Source: the human T2T-CHM13v2.0 reference genome, Homo sapiens
Assembly (NCBI RefSeq): GCF_009914755.1
Contig: NC_060929.1
Length of the DNA stretch: 64,000 nt
Direction: 5' to 3' (one strand)
Below are positions 35,051-64,000 of the stretch, one piece after another. Each line of letters opens with the position of its first letter. The stretch's first letter is position 1. The notes beneath the pieces are model-generated. The model saw only the letters and a list, made by a program, of their open reading frames with translations. It had not been told where the DNA came from and made no database searches. Both the position numbers and the translations under genes were made by a program.

Positions 35051-35230
35051 GAGATACTTTATTATGGTTGTTATCCATATTTTTGTAGTATAAGTCTTAA
35101 GCATTTGTATAATGTTCACTCATTTTAGCTAATGGAAACCTTTGTTTACCTTTTGTATTGGTACTGCCTTCTGTTGGAATGGAGGATGTTTGAAGGGAGT
35201 CAGTACCTTGGGCCAAGAGATTGTATTCTT

Positions 35231-35265
35231 TACACTTGATCTTAGCCAAAAGGCCAAGAAGCAGT
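35231..35265 (-). pseudogene. 3'-truncated U2 snRNA retrocopy (U2 nt ~1-35)
   Basis: Reverse complement GCTTCTTGGCCTTTTGGCTAAGATCAAGTGTA matches the U2 5' end. Flanked by a ~15-bp TSD AGAGATTGT(A/G)TTC(T/A)T. Confidence 0.9.
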
Positions 35266-35849
35266 AGAGATTGTGTTCATTGCTTGGCACATGCTGTCTT
35301 TTGTGAAGTGTAACATATACTCAGGGTTCTGTATAAATAATAAATTACAATAACGATGGAGTGTCCATCTTGTGGAAACTGTTGTCAGGCCAGAAGTATG
35401 CATGTGAGAAATACAATAAAAGGCCAACAGGAGGCATTCTAAGAACATCAGGCAAACTGAAAAAAAGAATTGTGTTAATAAGAGTTCTTGGCTTTACTAT
35501 TATTCTTTTGAGGTTTAGTAATCTAGAAGAGAAAAGCCCACAGAATAGAACATTTGTTTTTGACTTACACACTTTTCTGGTTCCTAATTGGAGAGCATTA
35601 TAGCTATGAAATCAGTATTATAATAGAGTTATCTTGTATGATGTTTGTCCCATGATTAAATTGAGAAGAAGTGTCCTTGAATCTGCTGATGTGTGTTTGT
35701 TTATAAGTGGTCTGGAGTCCTGCCTGTTAGCCTAATTTTATGTAGCCTGCATAGTTGTTGGAAGACAGACTGTTTTCTCACTGAATGCTGCATACAGGTA
35801 TGTATTTGTGTGTGTGTATTTATATATATTTGTCTTTTATTTTTGGTAG

Positions 35850-36419
<570 letters not shown>

Positions 36420-37306
36420 ATGAGGCAGGAAAAGAGGGCCAGGTTTAGAAGGAAGATTGTGAATAATCCCAAAGCTTCTTGGTTTTATTTTGATATACAT
36501 AATTTTATGGCCTGGGCTTTCCAAATTTGTTTTCCTGTTTGGTTTTTTTCCTGCTTTTGCTCAAAAACTGCCATATGCTGACAGATGCACTCAGGGCATG
36601 AGCAGCGGCATTGTATTTGTACATAGGTTCAAGTGTAACACCTAACTAAATCATTTTTCCTTTTCCTTTAGAGTTATGGTCATGTCTCATGTTTCATTAC
36701 TACTTTGGGGCTGTTCTAAATAGATGCTTTATGTGATAAACAACTGAAACCATTATACCTATTAGTTTGTGAAGTAAGCCTACAGTATAATAAAGACACT
36801 AACGTATTTTTAACTGATGGAGCAAAAAAGCAAACTAATGAATCAGGATTACTTGAGGTAATGGCTGTGTGAGTTTTTGTAACATTTATTTTCACAAGAT
36901 GGGACACATATTTGTATGCTTTGGCATTTACATCCACTTCAAATGTTAAAAAACTTATTTTTAATGTTTTAGGTTTAAGCAGCTTGTAATTTATTGATCT
37001 ACATGGCATTAATTGATTTAACCATTATACCTGAAATAATTCTTCAGTGTTTGCCTTTGAGCAGTGATAGGTTGTGTATTTTTTAATTGCCTAAGAGCAT
37101 ATATACCAAACACTACAAACAATTCATATTTACAGAAAATTTAAACTATTTTATAAAAACTGCACATTACATTTTTGGTGAAATATAGTGCATTCTGAGG
37201 ATAGCATATTTCATATAATAGAAAAAGAAGCATTCTCTAGGTTTGCATGTAGCTATAGTCACTATATTTTGCCTTTCATATAGAAAGTTTTAAAGTATTA
37301 TGTTTA

Positions 37307-37657
<351 letters not shown>

Positions 37658-38308
37658 TTATTTGGAACGTTTTTAGTTTTTCTCAGAAATTGTCCCATTG
37701 CATTAGCACTTACTGTGTTTTCAGGTTGATATCTACCAAAGGACACAAATTGAATGGTAGACTGTAAAACTGGTATAAACAGAATGCAGTTTCCCGACCA
37801 TCAGAACCCAAATATTAAGAAGCATATAGGAATCCATCTATGCATGAAACATGTAAAAAATATGTTGGTTAGTTTAATTAAAAATCTTATTGTGGGTCCA
37901 GTGAGACCATCTCATCCAAAAGATTTTTTTTCCCCCAATGATGTTTGCTTTAGAAGCAAGATAGAAAGGAAAAAAAGTATTAGGTAGATATGTATAGTAG
38001 GGACAGAGGGAAATCTTTCTTCTTTCCTTTCTGAAAGTAATACTTCTTGTTACACATTTTATTTATTGAGTTTGTTCTAAATAAAATATTATAAACTTCA
38101 GACTTGAAAAAATTCCACTTAACTTTAAAGTTACAATGTTTGTATTTGGGATTTTAAATGCCTTTGAGATTAAAATGTAGAATTGCAGGACCCAAAAACT
38201 TTTAAAATAATTAAAATTTTAAAAGAGCACATGTTGTGTTTTTTGGGCTTGCTATTAATGCAAACTCTGATTGCAAATGGATGTCATGTTTCATACCTTT
38301 TTTATCAG

Positions 38309-38349
38309 GAAAAAAGCAGCAAGCCTTCAGGTGTTCCAGTGATGCCTGA
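38309..38349 (+). CDS. C5orf24: Alternative C5orf24 C-terminal coding segment (G)KKQQAFRCSSDA*
   Basis: Acceptor cttttttatcag| at 38308 with an upstream CTGAT branch-like motif. It is in phase with the donor CAG|gtagca at 36280 and gives a 155-aa isoform. Confidence 0.7.
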
Positions 38350-40792
38350 CACAATTGAGCTGGACTTTATGCTGCTCTTTACAGTAAGAGGTGTTGCATT
38401 GTATGTGGGGACTATGTGCACTGGCGTCTAAGACAGTGACCTCAACAATATTAGCTTTGCACAAACCATAGAGAACGATGTTGGATGGTTACATAATCAG
38501 TTATAACATTCTGGCAGCTAAATTGCTACAAGAGCTTTTTCTTGCAAAAGCTTAAAATACAAGATTTTTAATAATTTACTCAGAACAGTATAACTTCTGA
38601 CACACACAAATGCTTGCCTCTTTATTCATATGTTCGTTACCTACTCTGTACATGTATCTGTCATTTAGCTGTTTCTCAAGATGATGTTCAGCAGTTGGCT
38701 GCTTAGAAATCTTTTTCAAGCCAGTTTCTAAAGACATTTGTTTAATGTTCTACCATAGAATAATGCACACCATTGTCAAAGATTTGATTATTGTGTTTTA
38801 TAGTAAGTCCATTTGACATTTATTTCCCTTTCAGTTTATTTTCCTTCCTTATTTTGTTATACATACCCTTCCCTTTCTCCCCTGCCTTTCGTACATTCAT
38901 TCCTCTTCCTCTACCCTCCAGCACATCTACTTACTGGTGCTGTGCTGTGTGTCAGAAGATAAAACAGGTGTATTATTGTATAATGAATTTTGTATACATG
39001 TTTATGAAATGGTGAGATCAACTAAAGGAGGCATGTTCATAACAGTGTTTATTATCAGCAGCTATGTCCCAGGAAAAAAAAATGGGAGGGGCAAATGGCT
39101 ACAGTTGTAAATGGATAACATCATTTAGAAAGCCGAATTTACTGTTCATCTGAGCGGTTACCTGGAGTATTATATCTATGCACTGGTGAGCATCTCCTGA
39201 TTCCACTTACTTTTCTCCCTGTGAACAGTTTACCGGTGCCATGCTGAAGAGAAAGACATCTAAGTGATAACATGAATGAAGTCTTAAAATTTAAAGTATT
39301 TTTACTGCTATATAAACTAAAGACTACATTGTGCATATTTTGTTAACACTGTCTCTTGTTATGATAAACACTGAAATAGCATGTTAAACAGTTGCCTATA
39401 CTTTAATATAATCAGTTGGGGAAAACTGGCCTTTTCTCCCCCACTGTATGATTGTTTCTTGAAAGGTAAATTGCTAATTTTATACAGTGTAATTCTGTTC
39501 TTCACAAAATAGGTTTCATTATTCTATATTTAAACTGTTGGTCAGAAAATGATCTGCAATTCAAGTAAGTCTGCATTACTTTTTTCTTTAAAAAGTACTT
39601 TAACATGCCTTATTTATTATATTAGCAAATGAGCTAATAACAGATGAAATTTTCATTTTTTGACAGATATAACCTTGCATAAGTAGTATTTAGGGTGATT
39701 TTGATACTATCTTTAGAGTTTTGCATTGGATATTAAAAAATATATTGGCACAATGTATTGGAAGAAAATGAGTAGTATCTGGTTTAATTTTTAATATTTA
39801 GGGACATTTTAAAAAATCAATGTTTTAATTAGACTAAAAATTCTTTATATTTTTTATTTACTTTTTAAAGAAACATCTGTCAAAGTAATATTGATTCCAA
39901 ACTGATGTTTGTGTGAATTTACATGTCTATTTTCATGAACTAAGAATAGAGTTTCTTTGAGTTGAGGAGAAAAAAATATATATGTGGGTCCATTTATTAG
40001 GTTAAAGTTGACCCATTCAGTGTAAAAATAACCATAGTGTGTGAGCTAAAGAAAAAAAAAAGTAAATTTCTCCTTTATATTCTAAGAAGCTTTAAAAGAA
40101 CAATTCAGGGGTTATTGATAACTGCTACTCTGTCGGTCATTGTCTCTATATGCAGTAAAATTTTATGGTCCCTTTATAGGAATATAAAGAATTCAAAACA
40201 GTTTTTCAAAAGATTTTTTTCCTTGGACATAAAAAATTTTGATGCTATTCTATTTTTGTTTTTATTACAGCTTAACTGTATGCTGTTAAACTCTAGGATG
40301 TATCTGAATCTTTCCTTTTTTCCCCCCTCCTCCAAATATATAAATCTGTGCTCTCACATGTAATGTATTTAATTTTTGGAAAATTTAATGCTATATAGTA
40401 AATCAAGTGTGTGATTTAAAGTAATCAGATCACTTTGATTCTTTTAAGTTTTCAGAATTTCTTTTTTCCACAGGTAATTTTGGAGAAAATAATTACCAAT
40501 TAACTGATAATAAGCACGCTGTCCTCTGCTGTAAAAAGTCTGAATAGATACTGTGTATGTTTTTATGTCCATGAACTTGAGCTACTCGTGTGCAATTATG
40601 TGTATGGGAATGGAGTAGTGTTCATGATTTGTATCTACATCATCATATGGATGTATATTTATTAATAAAGTCATTACTTTAAAACCAGCTATGTTTACTA
40701 TGTTTTTTAGTGTGGTACTTTTCAAGTACTTAAGTGGTAAATGGTAAACCTTTTTCATGACTGTAGATCTTGTGTTTTTCTTAGAATTTTGC

Positions 40793-43865
<3,073 letters not shown>

Positions 43866-43989
43866 CTACAGGTCCCACAGATACGTAAGTTCTTTTTCCT
43901 TGTCCTCTTTGCATTGTTTTTACTTAACTTATTTCTTGGTAATTTTGTTAATTTGCCTCAAATCACTTTCAGTTATCATAAAGGAAAAA

Positions 43990-44410
43990 TTTTTTTGGAT
44001 AGCTGTATAACTTTATTTGATATTTTGATGATTAGCAGTTAGTTCTCATCCACATTGACTGTGGATTTTTGAAAATGATAGGTACATAGGTAACCTAAGC
44101 ATAGAGCTTGTTTGGTGAATCTTCATCCTCATTAACGTTTTCTGGACAACCATATACAGATACAGTATGGGACATTCCTTATTCCTTTGGCCGAGACAGC
44201 TTTGTTGAGCCTGGTATCAATGCACACATCTGGAATTCCCATCTCCTCCAGATCTCGAGTGCCTGAGGGGCATGCTGCTTGAAGCCCACTCCATGCATGC
44301 ACTTGTGAATGTTGATGGTATATTCTCAAGTCACCACCTTGATTGCAGAACAGCCCTTCTCACCACCCTTCTTTGTGGGAGCTATTCTGCCAGGCCCAAG
44401 TTGGAAAAGC
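43990..44410 (-). pseudogene. RPL31 processed pseudogene
   Basis: Minus strand gives RPL31-like peptide ([46 protein letters not shown]). Start codon mutated to ATA, premature TGA, indels, no introns, AATAAA and short polyA remnant, AAGGAAAA-like flanking repeats. Confidence 0.92.
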
Positions 44411-44629
44411 AAGGAAAATATTTTTAAGTATTTTTGAATTTTTCTAATTTTATATTTATGTAACCCTTGGTTGCTACTAATGCTGTTTTTCATGTTATGG
44501 GAAATTTTAATCTTTATTAGATTAACATTGTGTTTCTGAATATCTTAAGTCTTCCATTTCACCTGCCTATTTATATCCTGTGTAGCAGTTAGTCCTTACA
44601 GTAATTATAGTTGTAACAAAGAGACCCCA

Positions 44630-46040
<1,411 letters not shown>

Positions 46041-46892
46041 CATATATATGATGACTACTACTATTTCTGGAGTAAATGGGGGTGGGTGAGAGTGGGGGTT
46101 CCAACAATAACCAAAAAGAAATAACATTTAAGCTAAGAGTAGAGATTGGTATGTGGAAAGAAGAGACTGTTAAAGAAAGGAAACACACGCAAAAGCCTGG
46201 AAAGCATGAATGACCTTTCAGCAAGTAAATGTGTATGGTAGGTGGTGGCAATGAACACGCGCTGGGAAGGGGAGATGAAACAGACTAGATCATAGAAGAG
46301 CCCTGAAAATCAGTCTAAAGAGTTTCTGATTTCTTCTGAGGACAAATGACGAGCCATTGGAAAAATTTAAATAAGGTCATGACTTGCTCTTATTTATAGC
46401 TTAGGTTGGCTCGGAGGAGCAGAGGTCAGAGTCAGGCACAGTAGTAAAGTCTCATTTGGATGAGCTACTCAGATTAGGTTTGGGAAAGTGAGGAAGAAAG
46501 AAGTGGACAAATTGTGAACTGAGATATATAGAAGTAATAAAACTTGGTGCCAGGAATAAACAAAAGAGGAGTCTAAGATGACGCCCAGTTTCTGACTTGA
46601 GTGGCAACATAGTATTAACTAGTCTATGGAGCAGTGTGTGTGCCTGCATGCATGTGCACAGAAGGTGAGGGGAGGTGGTTAGGAGTGTATCCAAGCCAAA
46701 TATGACAGGTTAAGATGACCCCTGCCTATATAAAGACATGATATTTTTTCTAGTTTAGCCCAAAATCTACCCTTTATAGGTGAAAGTGGACATTATTTTT
46801 ATATCTGATGGAGGGTATGGGGCAAAAAGGAACTACTCTTATACATAGAGATACTGATATATTTTAAGTAGAAACCCATTTTAATTAGTAAT

Positions 46893-53730
<6,838 letters not shown>

Positions 53731-54759
53731 TCATAAATCCTTTTGGTGCTCTGTCCTGTTGGCTTTTCATGCACCTTCAAATCATGTATGGGGGTATGAG
53801 AAAGATAGTTTAAAAAGGAAAGGTTTGTTGTTCCACTGTTAGGGGTGAGGGAGGTACTTAGCGAAATGATGACTAGTAATAAGCTCTAGAACTGTGGGCT
53901 CTTTTATCCATGTCCATTGTTTCATATTCTTCTGGACCCACAAGATGGCACTTGAGGATCTACAACAGCAAAACCATACCAACGTATTTAGAATAAAAGA
54001 ATCATCCACAGGGACAGATTAATGATGCATCTTTCTGGCCTAACAGTGTCTTTTTGATGGGCATAGAGATAAGGGGACTATGGCCACACCATCAGAATTG
54101 TATTATTCAATTAATAATGCCTACCACTTTGAAATGCTTCCTGTGCCCCAGGACACTGTGCTCATCACTTTACATCTCATTTCATCTATAAGACTCTATA
54201 TAACGTCATTTCCACTTTACAGCTGAAGAAACTTAACTTTAAGTTACATAACCTGCTGACTGTGAACTATCACATGTGCTGAAGTTGGGATTCACCAAGC
54301 GGCCAAAAAGCACAGGTTCCCCTTACCATTGCTATGTTAACCAATAGACTGATGTATTTTAAATCAGTTTCTATTTTTTCAACCTCATAAGTTTGAAAAG
54401 CTGCACTCTGCACTGATTTAGCACTGGTGGCTGCTTAAAGCTTGCCTTATTCCATTTTAGCAGGCCCCCCGGCAAAATACCCCAATTAGTGGTGTCATCC
54501 TCTCTATTCCAAGAATTTTCTCTTAAGACTCCCGCTCTGTGCGTTTGCTTGGGAATGCAGAGCCCTGTTCCTCATCTCCCCATCTATGCTTTCTTCATTC
54601 TAAGCCCTTTCCTATCTACTTTATGCTCGAGGTGGCTCCACCTCCACCATGAGCCAGAGCCAATGATGCTCACGGCCCCAACCATGATTAAAAAGAGATT
54701 GCCCTGCAAGGTAAATCAGTTAAAACCAACCTCTCCTGCCCTGAGTGGATAGGTAGGGT

Positions 54760-54899
54760 TAGGGTTGCCAGATGTCACGAAGTTACAGGATGCTCAGTTT
54801 TAAGGTATATCCCTTATACTATAAGGGTTATAGTAAAAAATATTCATTATGTGAAATTCAAATATAACTGGGTATCAGGTATTCTATGTGGCAACCCTA
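54760..54899. mobile_element. MER53 (hAT-family palindromic MITE), internally deleted
   Basis: Terminal inverted repeats TAGGGTTGCCA...TGGCAACCCTA, 8-bp TSD GGTAGGG(T/G), internal GAAATTCAAAT..AACTGGG typical of MER53. Confidence 0.85.
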
Positions 54900-55149
54900 G
54901 GTAGGGGAGCACAGGTTAGGCAAGCGATTAGAAGATTTGCAGCCTCCAAAGTTTCTGCACCTCGATGGGACACTAGAACAGGAAGGCTCCTGGGCCTTTC
55001 TGGCTCTGGGAATGAAGCGTGGAAAACCCTCCTTAGGCGGGCGCAGTGCTTCAAGTAGCCAAGCTCTGACTTCCGAGGGAAGAAAGGAGGCCATGGGCCT
55101 CTGCCAGAGCCATGCTCTGCACTCTGGGGTCAGCAGAGTTCAAAACGAC

Positions 55150-55770
55150 CTGCAACGTCTGGCGCTTAGCTCCTAAAGAGGTCTCCAGTCCAGCGCCGAC
55201 GGCCAGCGGCTAGAGGCCGTCCGCCCGACTCCAAGATGGCGCCCGCCACAGCTGCCAGGTGTTAAGATGGCGGCGCGGGGCCGCGCCCGCGCTCCCAGGC
55301 TCTCCTCCCCCAGCCTTCCTCCGGCTGGCAGCACGACTCGCGTAGCCGTGCGCCGATTGCCTCTCGGCCTGGGCAATGGTCCCGGCTGCCGGTCGACGAC
55401 CGCCCCGCGTCATGCGGCTCCTCGGCTGGTGGCAAGTATTGCTGTGGGTGCTGGGACTTCCCGTCCGCGGCGTGGAGGGTGAGTGTGGGCCGGGGGCGGT
55501 GCATGAGATGATGGGGCGAGCTGAGGTCCACCCGGGCGACGCTCTGGACCTGCGCGAAGGCCGGCGGTGCGCGACTCGCCCCTTCTTGGCGTCTCCCCGG
55601 GCGCGTCTCCCCGACTTCTCTCCCCGCGCACCGCCCGCTGGTGGCCCGCGAAAGGGGGCCGGTGGGCTGAGGGCCGGTGGACGGGAGCCCGGGGGTGGTT
55701 GGGCCGCGTTCAGGCCGCCCTCAGCCCGTGGCTGGTAGCCAGGAGGGACAGTGCGGTAAGCGCTGCTGAG
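55150..55770. promoter_or_regulatory. TXNDC15: CpG island / promoter of TXNDC15 with two YY1-type AAGATGGCG motifs (55233, 55264)
   Basis: CpG-dense non-repeat sequence spanning exon 1; motifs read directly. Confidence 0.85.
55376..55478 (+). CDS. TXNDC15: TXNDC15 coding exon 1 (103 nt; signal peptide MVPAAGRRPPRVMRLLGWWQVLLWVLGLPVRGVE)
   Basis: gcaATGG Kozak context, hydrophobic signal peptide, donor AGG|gtgagt at 55479. N-terminus recognised; exon 2 is not in the window. Confidence 0.93.
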
Positions 55771-56442
55771 GCATACCCTCTGGTGATAAGCAATTTATTA
55801 TTAATAACATTATATCAAATACCGACATTGTTGTGGCCGTATTAGGAGCCAGGAACTGTGCATCGTGCTTTATTTACATCATTATCCCATTTAATGCTCC
55901 CACAAACCCTGTCAGATCGGTTCCGTTTAGTGTCTCCATTTCACAGATGAAGATGCTCAGGCCCCGCCTAAGTTTGCGCTTCTGATACGTGGCAGAAGCC
56001 TGTCTCTCTGACGCCAAAGCCCAGTCTGGAGTCCACGCTGCTGGACCACTGTCTTAAGGAGGCCAGTCTTGCTCAGCTCCCTGCATGAAAAACAGACGAG
56101 AAACACGGGAGACTCCCGGTAACCCCCAACTTGCCGGTAGGGAAGGCAGCCACTCTAGAGGCATGGCGAGGGTGGAGAGTGGAGGCCTTACTTTCATGCT
56201 CCTTCACCCCACTCCTCATAGTCCTGTTAAAGTCCAGACCCTCGGTCTCGCTTGTCATTTAGACCTTAACAGGAATAGGCAGGTCTTTCTTTTCCCTGGG
56301 GTGTCCTGGATGGAGGCAGGACAGCAGAGAGTTGTGGAGAAGGGTGAGTCATAGTAACACAATTACCATGAATGAAAGCGCTCACTGTGTACCAGATGCT
56401 GTGCTCAGTGCTTTACGAGCATCATCTTTTGGAATCTTTACT

Positions 56443-63965
<7,523 letters not shown>

Positions 63966-64000
63966 GATTTGGGCTGGGCACGGTGGCTCATGCCTGTAAT

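Noticed and set aside
35231-35265. Functional link between the U2 fragment and neighbouring U2-remodelling helicase gene DDX46
   Set aside because: U2 fragments are scattered genome-wide; proximity is most likely coincidental.
35798-35849. CAG|gtatgt donor just upstream of the C5orf24 acceptor
   Set aside because: The implied 52-nt intron is below the usual human minimum; no supporting evidence.
55479-55738. Continuation of the 120-aa ORF starting at 55376
   Set aside because: Read-through into intron 1 past the consensus gtgagt donor.

Overview
Alu-dense human (great-ape-type) genomic DNA with three + strand genes, recognised from their encoded peptides; this gene order matches human 5q31.1. 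(1) The last two exons and 3'UTR of DDX46 (spliceosomal Prp5 helicase). (2) The whole C5orf24 gene: CpG-island promoter, non-coding exon 1, a single 188-aa coding exon and a ~4.3 kb 3'UTR. (3) The CpG-island promoter, signal-peptide exon 1 and part of intron 1 of TXNDC15. Also present are an RPL31 processed pseudogene, a 35-nt 3'-truncated U2 snRNA retrocopy with target-site duplication (TSD), an apparently full-length antisense SVA, MER53/MER2/MER20 DNA transposon relics, MaLR/MER21 LTR relics, old L1/L2/MIR fragments and roughly 70-80 Alus. Nearly all ORFs in the supplied track are Alu/SVA artefacts. The most notable sequence-level observations are: 16-aa AT-hook-like GRP repeats in C5orf24; an intron hidden in its coding exon/3'UTR with two in-phase donors that would swap the C-terminus; tandem YY1/uATG elements upstream of the TXNDC15 start; and a candidate DDX46 poison exon. 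I found no convincing wholly new multi-gene system. Repeat boundaries and subfamilies are by-eye estimates.
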